A stretch of 63,307 nucleotides of DNA, filler included, from Basidioascus undulatus (taxonomy: Eukaryota), in the NCBI GenBank assembly GCA_000826855.1. It is 19 parts of 19 records of this genome, joined end to end, with 100 filler letters (N's around TTAATTAATTAA, not from the genome) between each part and the next. Parts side by side here need not be neighbours in the genome. Positions count along the whole stretch, not along the records: positions 1 to 22,734 come from JTLS01000289.1; positions 22,835 to 25,001 come from JTLS01002890.1; positions 25,102 to 27,239 come from JTLS01002891.1; positions 27,340 to 29,505 come from JTLS01002892.1; 15 more parts are not named here. One strand, 5' to 3'. Positions 15,589-28,864 of the stretch are shown here, piece after piece. Position 1 is the first letter of the stretch. Each line of letters begins with the position of its first letter. The notes under the pieces are model-generated. The model did no database searches. It was not told where the DNA came from and worked only from the letters and a program-made list of their open reading frames with translations. Made by a program: the position numbers and the translations under genes.

Positions 15589-16766
15589 ACTACTTGGGAT
15601 GGGAAAACCAAGGATTTGCAATATTCTTTAATGCGTTTTGAAATGACTTTTTAAACGCTTCTGATGAGCTGAAATGTGCTTTGCCGCAAGCCGGCAGACT
15701 TTGCATTCCCGGACAATCCAAATGCTCACCTCCGGGTTTCTGAGCAGCAAAGTCCTCAAGAGGTGGATTGAGAGTTGTAATACCCAGTACTCACTGATAT
15801 TACTTCGAGCTAGGTTGAACACGCTGCGGGTTAATCACCATGATGCTCGGACTACTCTGGAACGTACCTCGTTCCCTCGTTCATGGGCACTCGGCAACCA
15901 GAGCATTGACACATCACTTTATCATGTCACAAGTTCAATTTTGTGTGGATACTTTCACATGTTAATTTTGAACGATGCGTTGCCAGGCATGCGCAGCGTA
16001 CCCTCGAGCAGGACCTCCCGGCCTGTTCAGCATTTTCCCCCAAAGCCCTCTTCCTTTCGCAAGCAGACTTCTTGTACCATGTAAATCCAAGGTCTGGTGC
16101 CCGCTCATTGTGGCTTCTTCCAATTAGTGAGGTTGGTATGACGGTGGCTGACGGTTAATTTATCGTTCAGGCCTGAGCGCCCCTCCGATGGCCGAAGTAC
16201 TTTCCATGGAGAAGATCGTGAGCCTGCTAACACCCAGCTCTTCCAGGGACTCCGTATGATACCAAGGCTAAGGTATTAGGACGAAAAGAAAGGAACTTGG
16301 ATGGATTCCGCCGCACGGCGACTGCGTATTGCTGTGTCTGTACAGCATACGCAATACAGTCTGTGCGGGGATCTCACCCTGTGTATTCTACTCTACATGT
16401 ATGTCCTGTGCACGTTCCTGAAAAGCGCGGCGCTCGGAGGAGCAGTTCTAACTTCCAGTGATTGATGACGCGATACCACGTCCTGTCTCCGAGTGGTCAT
16501 GCTGTGAGCTTTATTGACAGATTCCGTGCCCGTTGCCAGCGGCCGCTGACAGTAGGTAGACCTCAGCGCTTGGATATGATCCTCTTATATTTTTGCTGCG
16601 TTGCTGTTTTTTCATTTGCTATAATAGTTTTCTCCACCCCGCGGCCAGGGTACAGCACTCCAGCAGTCACGGCCACTGGACGGACTTTATAACACCTACC
16701 TCAACGCGTCTGGTGGCATCTCCCAGCTTCTCCTTCCTCTCGTCTGCTCAGCTATTCACTAAAGGC

Positions 16767-19110
16767 ATGCGGCTTTCTAAATCCCTTGCGTCGGTTTCCG
16801 CACTGGCGACCGTCCTCTCTTCCTCCGCTGCCTCAACTCCGGAGCCGTCCAAGGGTGCTGTTCGTATTCCTCTCCACAATCGCGACATTTCTTTCACTCG
16901 GGCGGATGGCTCCGTGGACCTCGCGAAACGCAAAGTTCATCTTTCTTCCCGGAGACAGTGAGTATCTTCCTTGAATTCTTTCGGCCTCATCAGAACTGCG
17001 AACGTGACTTATGTATCGGGTAAAGGCGCTCGTCACACCTGAAGCGCAATGCCGACTCCGAGGAGGACGTCGTTTTGGAACTGCGCAGATTCTGGATTAC
17101 GTCCTGGGAGAATCATTGTACGGGTGGCTGGGTAAGGTGAAGGTGCGTGGCTGCTGCACTTCGTTCTTCTCGCAGCCAACTGGAGGCATTCGTTCTATGT
17201 TACTGAGCTTTGAGGCGGTTACTGCCATTGCATAGGTTGGGACGCCTCCTGTGGAGATTCAAGTGCTGTTCGACACTGGTTCTTCGGATCTCGTTATCCC
17301 AGTAACAACTGCACCGAAGGCTGCGACGGTCAAGACGTACGCTACAATCCCTCCCAGCCGTAAGTCAATCTTCTCCTTTGGTAAGCTCTTTCGTATATCG
17401 CAGGAAACTCAACACTGAGTTTTAAAGGTCCACATCTGTCCCAAGGAGCATTGGAATGAACAATACGCAAATCTTTAAACCACGTTCTCGGTTCGCAACG
17501 TGAACCTTGACGATGTTGCACTGGCTTTTCTGTGCCTGCCGTGTACTTCTTGTTACACAGCTACGGTGACGGTACTGTCGGCCTCGGCAACTTGACGACC
17601 GAGAGGGCCTTCATTTCAGCTGTATACGACGAGATAGAGGGCTTCGCTGAGAACGGGACAGAGGGTGAGAGTTCTCGACTCCTCTGTTCTCTGCAGTTTC
17701 ACTGATTTCACTTTCTGGACTTTCGGGAAACAGGGATTCTGGGCCTCATGCCCTTCGGTCATGGCTATGTCGACGACGGCGCGGAGACTTTCATCTAAAG
17801 CGTCCAGAAGAACGGGGTCATCTCCCAAGGAATCTACGCCTTCAAGTGAGTTGGCCGACTGAAATGTTGGACACATTGCCCTCGGAACGCACGGCTCACT
17901 GCGTACACAATCTTGTTGCACTTCGCTGCAGTCTCACCACCGACAACACCAGCGCGCTCACCATCGGCGCGATCGACCCGAGCCAGTACGACGGCGACAT
18001 CTCCTGGACTAGCGTGCTACTCAAAGAGAACGACGGAAGCTGGCGGCCTTTGCAAGCCGGCATCCTCAACAACAACAACAAGACCCTTCCGAGGCTCAAC
18101 AGCTCCTCTTTGGGACTGGCCCTAATCGGCACGGGCACCGCTGCCGTAAGAACTGATAGTCGCTTATCCTACGTTATAATAGGATCCAAAAGATGTGCTG
18201 ATGCAAAAAGAGGGCTCTGCAGACTTCCGCCTCGCCCGAATTGACCGCTGCGATCTACAGCCACATCCCCGGCGCGCATGAGCTGACGGACGACGAGGGG
18301 ACCTGGGTGTTCCCCTGCAATGCCACGCCTGAAGTTTGTGAGCCGAGGCTGAATCTGTCAAGGTTTCCCGTGATCACTTCGTGAGCCACTTCGTGAACCT
18401 CACCTTCTCTTATTGGGAATTGATACAGCGTTTGTCTTCGGCGCGGTGTCATTCCTCATCCGCCAGAACGTGTTCAACACCGGTCCGGTGCGTCACACCG
18501 CCCCCATCCTCTCTTTCTCTTCTCATATTTTTCAGTTTGAACTGAAAAAATGCTTTGATCTTCAAGCTGGAAGAGAGCAGCTATGACTGCGCCGGGGCGA
18601 TCAGTGCCGATGACTCTGCGGGAAACCAACTGATTGTCGGCGGCACCTTCCTTCAGGTGAGCTTGACTACCTCGGCTAGTATGTCCTCTGTTACACAATT
18701 ATGGAGATATCAAAGGACCTCTACTCCGTCTTCGACTTCGACAACTCCCGAGTCGGGTTCGCGCTCCCCAAGGACCGTCCCGACTTCGACTCCCCCAAAG
18801 TTCTCGCCGCGTCGCCGAGCCAGCAGCCGCCACTACGCCGAGCGCCCACGAAGGTCCGTCGAAGACCCTGAAGAATACCGTCATCGCGCTCGGCGACCTC
18901 CTCGGCGCAGCGCTCGTCGCCCTTGCGGGTCTCGCCTTCGCGTTCGTTAGACTGAAGCGCGCGGACAGAGGTCATTTCGCCCCGTTCACCTCGCCGACGC
19001 GCTTCTGCCGGTTATGGGAGAGGTTCCATACTATCCCCAAGTGCCGACAAGTCGCATAGCTGCTATGAGGACCCGTACACCGCACGTGAGGGGGAGGGGC
19101 GCTGTGGGAA
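16767..19110 (+). pseudogene. Pepsin-like (A1) aspartic protease with signal peptide and C-terminal hydrophobic anchor, disrupted
   Basis: MRLSKSLASVSALATVL signal; VGTPPVEIQVLFDTGSSDL; YGDG; GILGL; LTIGAIDPSQYDGDISWT; LYSVFDFDNSRVGFA. Lesions: frameshift ~17299, in-frame TAA 17796-17798, second catalytic DTGT reads GTGT (18128-18130). The 3' end is approximate. Confidence 0.85.
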
Positions 19111-20791
19111 ACGGATGGGCATGGACTGCGATGGAGGAACGTGGGCGCTTTTCTTGAACTTTCTTGGACACTTCAGAATTTGCTTTGGCTATGAAGTATT
19201 GGAAGGATACCCTTGTCAATTGCTGAGGAGTCAACGGTCCTCTCCGAACCTGCCTGTAGTCTTGTCCAAGCGCGGCTGTCTTCGTCTGCTCTCGCTCAGT
19301 ACTCCTCAGAAGCTATCCACGAGGAGCGTACTATTTCGTTGCGTTCCGTAAGACGCTCCAAAATTAATCGTGAAATGGACTGAGGTGATAAGTTGACCCC
19401 AGCAGCAGAGCACAGCCAAGCATAGCGTACGTTGCCTGTGCATTTCTGGAATGTTTCTGGACGACCTGCGGGCAGTGCTGCCTGCCCTCAAGGCTTAGAT
19501 GTGTACGAACAAATCAACTTTTGACCCTACGTTACAGCTTCCCATACGCACGCAGTGCATTTACAAGCTGACTATGGCCACACTCCTGACACGCCGTTGA
19601 CCTCCCAGAGAACATGATCATGTCCGCTTGCCGCCCACAAAAGGCCGAGCTCCGGGGCCTCTCTTCCCTATTCGGAAACCTTCCCAAATGAAGAGGGGAA
19701 GCTTCCTTTCAAGGGTACCGGGAAGCCAATCCACCGTCCATCAACCACCACCCTTGGACGCGAGGTCACGAGAACGCCGCGTGAGGAGGTGCGGCGTCCT
19801 CTCCTGATGAGGCTATGCAGTAATCCTCCGTGTTTTATGGCATGATCCGCCCCAACGGAACGAGGTGGTGTAACATACTGATAATGACAGCTGGGACCGT
19901 TCGCCTGCCAAGTCCCGACCTCCAGAGCAGTCGGGAATGCGAGAAAGGGGAGACGCCTGGGATGCTGGCCATCGGTAAAAATCAACGTTGAAAACTTGCA
20001 CACGCAGGATCGCTCAGAGAAAATATATTGACAGACTACAAATGTTTCATAGGCGATGCTGCTGATTTGTATGCAATGATGCGTTGTTTTATTGGGCTGT
20101 TTTCATGCGTGCAGCATGATGCATGTCTCAGTCGGTCAGGAACGCGCACAGATGAACGAGCGCCCCAACGGAGAACTGGGCGACTCCCGGCGGATGGGCA
20201 ACGTTCGTCATCGAGCTGCCTGTCGACGCTGTTTAAATCTCTTTGCAGACCGATAGCGTCGACGAGCACGGGTGTATATTTCTCGTCACAGATCCAAGCC
20301 ACGGCAAGAAAAGAGATCGCAGCAAGTCTCGACCAGCGCCCCGACGCCCCTTGCCGCCGCCTCGGCGGTCCGCCCCGGATCTTGCCCCCTTGCTCGGCAA
20401 CGTCCATCGCACAACGCCCGACGCTCGCTCGCCTGCCCCGCGCCCCCGTCGTCGTCGTCGACCTCAACGTCGACGACTCTCCTTCCAACAACGACGCCGA
20501 CGCCGCCGTCGATACTGCCACCTGTCGAATCCGACGGAGAACGCACGCGGTTCGCTAGGCGGAAGCCGTGCTCCCGTTGCCGGCCGTCCAGTGTCAAGCG
20601 TGCTTGCTTCGCTGCTGTACCTGAGGATCGCTTCCGCCGCGCTCTTCCATCACGAACGACCCACAACACCGGGCACCATCTAGGACCATTTACACGTCCT
20701 CCGGCTTCCCTCTTACCTTCATCACCTCCTACGCCCGCAATTGCCGCGCAGAAGATCGCCGTCGCTCGAACCGACTCTGCGCTGACGCTGT

Positions 20792-22734
20792 ATGGCACTC
20801 CTAAAGCGGCTCGGCCTGGGCAAGGACGCCACCGCCACCGCGCCGAGCCTCCCGAATGGCCATGCTATCGCACAGTCGTTGGCGGAGAGCGGGACTGGGC
20901 CGCTGGCGAATGGGTGGCAGAGCGAGAGGGAGGCGGAGCGCTTTTTCGGCATGGAGAACGTGAGTTCATCAGCTGCATCGGTGTTTGGAGACTGGTGGGA
21001 GAGAGAGGGAGAGTGCCGAAGCATGCTGGCAAGGCTGCAAAAGGCACGGCGAGCACGGCGCGACCGTGCTGTGGACGTCCGCCAGGGGCACCGAGAACGA
21101 GACGGCGTCGGTGCCGTGTCTTGCCTTGTGTAGCGTGTCTGGCCCACCACGCGTCTTCTTCCCGCCGTCCTCATTGCATTCACTCTCGCTATTCTGTACT
21201 CTATTACTGACCTTCCCTCTGATGGAACCCTACAGTTCGGCAACACCTGGTCCGCCCCTCCCTACCTCCCCCCCATCTCAATCCTCCCTCGTTCCTTACC
21301 TCGAATCCCCCTCCGCAGCTACTGCAACTCCGTCCTGCAATCGCTATACTTCTGCCGGCCCTTCCGGGAGCTCGTCCTCCAGCGCAACCCCTCCTCCGCG
21401 AACCCTCATGCGATGCCTTCGCACGCCCCGCCCTCCGCCTACGCGGGCCCGGACGGAACGACGATGTTCTCCGTTCTGCGCGACCTTTTCCACACCATCT
21501 CGGCCCAGCCGAGCACAACGGCCGTCGTGCCCGCGCAGGCGTTTGTCACGAAGCTGCGGAAGGAGAACGAGCTGTTCCGGAGCACGATGCACCAGGATGC
21601 GCACGAGTTCTTGAACTACTTGTTGAATAAGATCACGGAGGATCTGGAAGATGAGGGTGAGTCTTAGCCTTCATGCTTGGCAGGAGTCCGGGGTGGGGCA
21701 GTTTGGGAAAGCGTGGCTAGAAATGGAAGGGGAACCAGCTGGGTCCAAGATTGGGTCACAGGTTGAGGAGCGCGCCCAGGGAGGGCTGGGACGCACAGCC
21801 GCCAAACCCTCTTTCTATCACGCTTGCTGACCTTCCCCGCTCTAGACGTTCCTCAACCGAATGGCGTCCGTCGCGGCTCGGCCCCCCGCACCCCCACCCT
21901 CGTGCAATCCCTCTTCGAAGGAGCGCTGACGAACGAGACGCGGTGTCTAAACTGCGAAACGGTGCGTTTTCGCGCTTCCTCTCTTTCTCATCCGAGTGCT
22001 CTCCTAGATGACTTTGGGTTGCTGCACCAGGTCACCAGCCGGGACGAGAGCTTCCTGGACCTGTCGATCGACATCGAGCAGCATTCGAGCGTCACGGCGT
22101 GTCTGCGTAGCTTCAGCGCGAGCGAGATGCTGTGCCAGAAGAACAAGTACTTCTGCGACGCGTGCGGGGGGCTGCAAGAAGCGGAGAAGCGGTGCATCGT
22201 TCTTCCCCACTCCCCCTGGCTTTCAAGCGCTGACGAGGGGTGCTTGGATGGGCGCGGCACTTCCAGGATGAAAGTGAAAAAGCTCCCGAATGTCCTGGCG
22301 CTCCACCTCAAGCGCTTCAAGTACCAGGAGCAGTTGAACCGATACGTCAAGCTCTCGTACCGCGTCGTCTTCCCGCTCGAGCTTCGACTGTTCAACACGT
22401 GCGACGACACCGAGAACCCGGACAGGCTGTACGGTCTGTTCGCGATCGTCATCCATATCGGGGCGTGCGTGGTCGTCCAATCACTTCTCCCATCCCCAAA
22501 GCACGTTGCTGACATTCCTGCTCGTGGAGTTTGCAGCGGACCGCACCACGGCCACTACATCGCGATCGTCAAGTCGGGTGACCGCTGGGTGCTGTTCGAC
22601 GACGAGAAGATCACCATCATCGACGAGTCCGACATCCGCAAGTACTTCGGCGACGACCCGGCCGGGTCGGGCTACGTGCTCTTCTACCAGGCGCGCGACC
22701 TCGACCGCGAGGCGCTCGGCCTCCCGCCCCTTTC
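20792..22734 (+). CDS. Ubiquitin C-terminal hydrolase, UBP9/UBP13/CreB (USP12/46) type, 3' truncated by gap
   Basis: Cys box [70 protein letters not shown], His box [25 protein letters not shown]. Confidence 0.93.
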
Positions 22735-23329
22735 NNNNNNNNNNNNNNNNNNNNNNNNNNNNNNNNNNNNNNNNNNNNTTAATTAATTAANNNNNNNNNN
22801 NNNNNNNNNNNNNNNNNNNNNNNNNNNNNNNNNNTGGGGGGAGGGATGAGCGGGGAGGGGGGGACGATATGGACGTTTATGTTGGCATTCACGATCTATA
22901 CGCATGTTTGTACCTTTACACGCACACCCTTTTGTCGTTGACTCTATGCACGTTGAGTACGTCCCGCGTGCAATTCCTTCAGTAGGCCGACAAGACTGTC
23001 GCTGCCGCTGCCCGCTGACCCTGACAAGCATGCTCGAACTGTCTGGCCAGACCCTCATTTCAATGCTCCATCCGTGTTATGTACGCGAAACCATATTGTA
23101 TAAATTGCATTTGATTGGTGATTAAATCTGGTAATGCAAGCGGGACAGCTTCCATCGCCCCTTCTTTTCCCACGCCCGATAGCACGTACGCGTCCTCTGG
23201 CGTCGTCACCAGAACTTGTCTTTGCCCATCATCCCGACTCATCTGCTTACTTTCACTTCCAACACCTACCATCGACATTAGCTACCAAGACGACTGAAAC
23301 TCGGTACAAACCAAAGAAACACTTAAGCT

Positions 23330-24960
23330 AGTACGCTCACTCTTCTACCTTCCGAGCGCGACCAGCCCTTCTGACGCCGTCTTCTTCCCTTCGCAGTGGC
23401 CGACCTCGTCCCGCTCATCTACCACGAGCGCCAGGAGCAGGGCACGATGTCGTGTCCGTTCTATTGTCCTACCGCCTTCGTCTGGTGAACTGACACTATG
23501 CACCTTGTTTGTGCAGGCGCCATGCACGCGCTCAACTCGCTCCTCGGCGACGCCTACTTCACCGAGGCGGACCTAGCGGGGTACGCGCAGGACCTGGACG
23601 AGCGGGAGAATGCGGAGCTGGGCGCAGCCGCGCAGCATGTCGAGAGCCAGAACATGGATGAGACTGGTACGTTCTCTGCTTCCTTCTCGCCTCCCCTCTC
23701 CCAGGTCGGGAAGCTGACGGGAGCGTGCGGAAGGGTTCTTCTCGGTCGGCGTGCTGGAGGAGGCGCTGAAAGTTTGGGGGCTTGAGTGAGTGCTTGTTGA
23801 GTCAGGGGAGGAGGGAAGGGGAGCTGAGATGTGCTCGGACAGGCTCGTGAGATGGCGGTCGAACGAGTTGAGGCGGGAGCAGTCGCACCCTGAGTGGGTA
23901 TTCCTACCTTCCCTACCCCCTTCCTCTCTTGCTCACTCCTCCAAACCAGTAGGGACCAAGCCGCCTTCATCCTGAACCTTGCCTCGCACTGGTATGCTGC
24001 GCTGCTTTCTGGAGAAGAGGCAGTCACTGATCCCCCCCCGCAGGTTCACGCTCCGGCGCTTCGGCGACTCGCCCCAGCGGTGGTACGACCTGAACAGCTT
24101 CAAGGAGCGACCGGAGTGGGTCGGGCCGATGTACCTCGACTCGCTGCTGCAGCAGTCCGAGGCGGAGGGTGCGCGTTCTTCCTCCTCCCTCCCCTTCTCC
24201 GCCCTCTTCCCTCTTCCCTCTTCTCTTAGAGCACACCGCTGAACTTGAATGGCGGCTCCCTCAGGCTACTCCGTCTTCGTCGTCCGTCAGCTCACGCCCC
24301 CCGGCCCTGCCAAGCTCCCCATCACCGAAGTCGACGAGGCGGTCGCGTCCCTCCCTGCCCCAGGCGGGGGCGGCGCATTCTTCGCGTCCACCCGCGTACA
24401 CGACGACGACGACCTGCAAGCTGCGATCCGTGCCTCTCTCGCCGGCTCCTCCTCCTTCTCCTCAGTGGGGGCAGACGACCCCGTCGCTCGCGCCGCAGAG
24501 CGCAACCGCGCGTACCTCGCCTCCGTGGCACGCGAGCAGGAGGCCGAGCTCCGCGGGGCGGGGGCGGAGGCGGACCGCCGGAGGGTCAGGGAGGAGGAGG
24601 AGATGCGCCGGGCGGTGGAGGCTAGCTTGCGGGAGGAAAGGGAGAGGGAGCGGAGGAGAGGAGGCGCGGGCGAGGGGAGGGAGGTGATTAGTCTGGATGA
24701 TGATGAGGATGAGGAGATGGACTTTGGGGCGGAGGAGGAGGAGGAGGAGGAGGATATCGTGCGTTCTCTTTTCCGGCTATTTTTATGATCTTCTTGCCGC
24801 CTTTCTCTTCACCTTTTTCTATTCTCGGTCTTCTGCATCTTCCTCTCTTCCCCTTCCTCTTATCCCTATTCTCTCTTCTCTCTTCTTTCTGCCGTCTTCT
24901 CTTCTCTTTTCTCCAGTAAAGGCTCACTGTTTCCCTCACCCCCAGGAATGGCCCCTCTAG
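23330..24960 (+). CDS. Ataxin-3-like Josephin-domain deubiquitinase with two UIMs
   Basis: MADLVPLIYHERQEQGTMSCAMHALNSLL (catalytic Cys), SQNMDETG|FFSVGVLEEALKVWG, AFILNLASHW|FTLRRFG..WYDLNSF (His, Asn), GYSVFVVR. UIMs DDDLQAAIRASL and EEEMRRAVEASL. Probable last exon EWPL*. Confidence 0.9.
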
Positions 24961-25101
24961 AGACGACGCGGGATGAGACGGAATATCCCCTTCTTTTCTT
25001 CNNNNNNNNNNNNNNNNNNNNNNNNNNNNNNNNNNNNNNNNNNNNTTAATTAATTAANNNNNNNNNNNNNNNNNNNNNNNNNNNNNNNNNNNNNNNNNNN
25101 N

Positions 25102-27239
25102 GCTGGACGGAGCGAGGGAGGGTGCGGGGTGGTAGGCGGCACGTTCGGGTACGGGCGACTCGGTAAAGTTGAGTGGCGTGTGTCGGGCTGCGCCGTCCTC
25201 GAGCTCGTCCTCGTCCTCGTCCTCCTCCGCCTCCTCCTCGCTCACATCCTCCCATCCCTCACTCTCATCCCCGCTGTCCTCCTCCCGCTCGACGCCCTCC
25301 GGCGGCTCATCCTCCGCCTCCTCGGCTTGCAGCTCGACAGTGGGCAGCGGAGCGGGCTCGGCAGGCGCGGAGGGAAGTCCGACTGGCGGCGGAGAGGGCT
25401 CGACGGCGGCGATGTCCTCGTCGACCTCTTCCTGCACCTGCGGCTCCACGGGTAGCACGGCGGACGGCGCTCCTACGGGTGCAGCTGGCGCCTTGGCCTC
25501 GTCCGCCTTTGGCGCCTCCTCCACGTCCGACTGCGGCGTAACCGGCAGCGCAGCGACGGAGGGCTCGAGAGGCGCGACAACCGCCTCGCCCTCAACATCC
25601 TTCGCGGAGGACTGCTCGCCCTCCACTTGGGTCTCGACCGGCAGCTCGGCGGACGAAGGCGACGAAGTAGGCGCGGCCGCCGCCTCGTCCTCCACCGACG
25701 CCTCCCCGACATCCATCGGCGTCTCCGACAGCGCGGCCCCGAGAGGCGAAGAGCCCGCGTCCACGTCGATGTCTGCTGCACTCAGTGAGGACGGTGCCGC
25801 AGAAGGCTCGAGCGGCTGAACCTCGCGCGGCGTGGAAGGCTCGCCATGCGCGGGAGACCGGTCGGACGTCTCATCCGTATCTCTCTCCGGCGAGTCCGCG
25901 GCATGCGCGAGTTGCAGCGGCGTCGGCGTGTGCGGCGCGGTGGTGGTGACGGTAGGTTTGAGCGGCGAGGGCGAGAGGAGGCCGAGGGGGAGGGCGTGGG
26001 CGGTGTGAGGGGAGGCTGGGGAGGGGGTATCTGCGGTTTGTGGATGGGTGTCAGCGGGTTGTGCGCCGGGAAAAGGGGGACTGTGAGGAGGGCGGGACGC
26101 ACTCTGAGCGGCGGGAGAGACCAGCGCGTCGTGACGGACGGGCGTGGCTGACGCCTTGCTGGAAGAGGGAGAAAGAAGGCCAAAGGGGAGCGCGGAAATT
26201 CGGCGCGCGTCCGGGGTCGAGTCTACACCAGCAACAATCAACATCATTAGCCACCCTCCTTCTCCGTCCAGTTCAAGAGAGAAGTGGACACACGTTGCTT
26301 CTGCTCGGCCCGTCTAGACGCCTTGCCCGACACTGGCAATGGCGAGGGCGAGGGGGAGAGGATCCCGACGGGCAGGACGGCCGACAAGCGGCGCGGCGCG
26401 GGCGTGGTTTGCTCTTCGACTGCGCGCGGGGCGGCGGGCGCCTTGACGGGCGAGGGGGAGAGGATGCCGATGGGAAGGGGTTCAACGTTATCTGGGACTC
26501 GCTCGATTTCGTCGATCGCGCTGAGAGGTGCGCAGAGCGCCTTGGCGGGCGAGGGGGAAGGGGAGGGGGAGAGGATCCCGAGCGGGAGGGCGGAAAGTCG
26601 GCGGGGGGTGAGGGTGGAGTCTGCATGTTTGGGGAAAGCCGAGATGATCAGCGTGAGATCGAAGAGGAGAGCCCAGTGGACGTACGCTGGGGCATATCGC
26701 TCGGCGCGGTGAACTTGCCCGGGCTCACGGACACAACCTCGTCCTCCGCCTCCTGCCCCATCACCGCTACCGCCTGACCGACAGCGTTGTCCATTTCCTC
26801 CGGCCTCTGCTCCTGGTCCTTCTCCGGCCCGTCGCCCTCACCCTCCTCAACTGCTCGCGCGACACGCGCATCCTCCTCCCCCAGCCCCTCAGCATCCACC
26901 TGCTCCTCCTTCTCCGCCTGCAGCTCCCCCTCCTCAGCTTCGCTCCCTTCGGAGCGCTCCACGGTCGGAGAGATGGTGCTCCCCTCGACTGGCACGGGGG
27001 AAGAGCTAGAGGGCGTGCTCGGCGCGGAGTGTGTGGGAGTCCAGGTTACGCGAAACGGCGCGTCGTCGGAAGGCGCGGGCGTCTCGGGTTCCGCGCTGGG
27101 CTGGCCGGGAGAGTCGCGTGCCGGAGGGAGGACGACGTGGCTGAGGAGAGGGGAAGAGGGAGTAGGTGTGGAAGCTGCCCGAGTCGGACTACTCGGAGCG
27201 CGGGGAGGGGACGCGGGGGCTTTGGCGGGAGAGGGAGCG
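25102..27239 (-). CDS. Internal part of a large Pro/Ser/Glu/Ala-rich disordered protein with repeated LPxG[IL]LSPS motifs
   Basis: Long minus-strand ORFs (25054-26247, 26648-26995) with GC3-rich codons and intron-like breaks (~26230-26295, ~26635-26685). Both ends are lost in gaps. Confidence 0.6.
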
Positions 27240-28864
27240 NNNNNNNNNNNNNNNNNNNNNNNNNNNNNNNNNNNNNNNNNNNNTTAATTAATTAANNNNN
27301 NNNNNNNNNNNNNNNNNNNNNNNNNNNNNNNNNNNNNNNGCGGGCGGGGGCGGCGGTGCCAGGCGCGGGCTGATCTGGTGCGGTGGGGGGCTGAAGCATG
27401 CGGTGTCTCCCTGCACGCTGCACGCACAGCATCTTTGACGGTCGTGGTCGGGGCGCCTGGGTGCACAGACAAGATTTGGCTCGATCCTGTGGAACGTGAG
27501 CTCGTATCACCGGAGGCGCAGCCGATTGCGCCTTGCGCTTCGAGCCCACCGCTCCTGCGCAGGCACTACCACCCGCTAACTCAGTCCAGCACATATCGAT
27601 CAACGCTCCCGCGCCAATTCGGAGCCAGGGCCATCCCACCTTGCGCACTCCCCCCCGTCCACAGCGCCTTCATACCTTGTCCTCATCCTCGTTCCCCACC
27701 CCAAACGCTCATCATCCTCGATTCTCACATAAACACTCTCAAACTCCCTCCCCCTTTCAAGCTCGTCCATTGGCGATACAGATCGTTTCAGTGGTACCAA
27801 ACACCTGTGTCTCGCGGGAAAATGGCGCATCGGGACCTTCCACCTCCCACCTCCCACTTCTCTTGCAACCCCCCTCGTCCCTCCCCTCCTGAGATCCAGA
27901 GCCTTCTTGATAACTGCGTCTTTCAAGATCGCTCGCGGCGGTTTCGAGTGCGGCTAGAAATTAGATGCGGGAGTGTGTATTCTCGCATCTCGCAGGCGCC
28001 GCCGCGTCTCCAGCAGGAGTACCATTTACAGAGGGTGGTTGCTTGATGCCACGGGCAGCGAAGATTTACTTGCTCTTGTGAGCGAACTTTACGTTATCGA
28101 TCGTGGCATGGTGGCTTAGGATACCGGTCGGGGCTTGCGGATGGCACGTTCGTGCGTTGCAAAGGGCTCTCGGCATCCAGGGCGGCTTCGTCGTCGAGTC
28201 CAGTGGAGAATAAGGTAAGGATAAGATCCTGCTACACAAGTTTTGGGATGTATGTCCAGCGTGCGAGCGCGCTGAGAGAGACTACTAGCTCCTGTGAAAA
28301 TGGGTTCTGGCCCATGGAGCTCAAGCCTGATAATCCAGTCAAGATGATAGAAGTCCGGTTGTTGCTCAGGCTGCAGTATACCATCGCAGACGAGTTTCCT
28401 CGAACGCTGCTGCGCTCAAATCGCTCTTCCGGCATTTGTTTGACTTGCTCGTATCACGAAACAGGCACTTTTTGGTTATGTTCCATGCCAGATCAGCGTG
28501 AAATAGGATGCATATACCGGACGTGCTGAGCCACTACCCACACCAGTATTACTACCGCTGAAAAAGAGCAAACACGCTTGAAACGGCTCGCAGCGCGCTG
28601 CAAACAAAAGCGCTTTCGCCTGCTCCTTCCGCACTTCCGCATAACCGGCCGTCGCAGAGTCTGCACCCGGGGATCCTTTCGCGCGGTCGCTCGTCATAGC
28701 ATTTTATACTGAAGTATGGGATCTTATGGAGTGCCCACCCGCTGATAGCTCCTCAGCGTTCGATTCCCCTCTTCACTCCGCTCGCACCGCTCCTCCGTCC
28801 AAGCAAGAGAGGGACCCTCTCGACTTTCGCCCTTCGACTCACTCTTAAAATCGCGCAACATATA

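Noticed and set aside
20792..24960. Apparent deubiquitinase cluster (UBP next to ataxin-3)
   Set aside because: The two genes are on different contigs joined artificially.
27340..28697. Possible minus-strand gene starting MTSDRAKG
   Set aside because: Frames are interrupted and no motif is recognisable.
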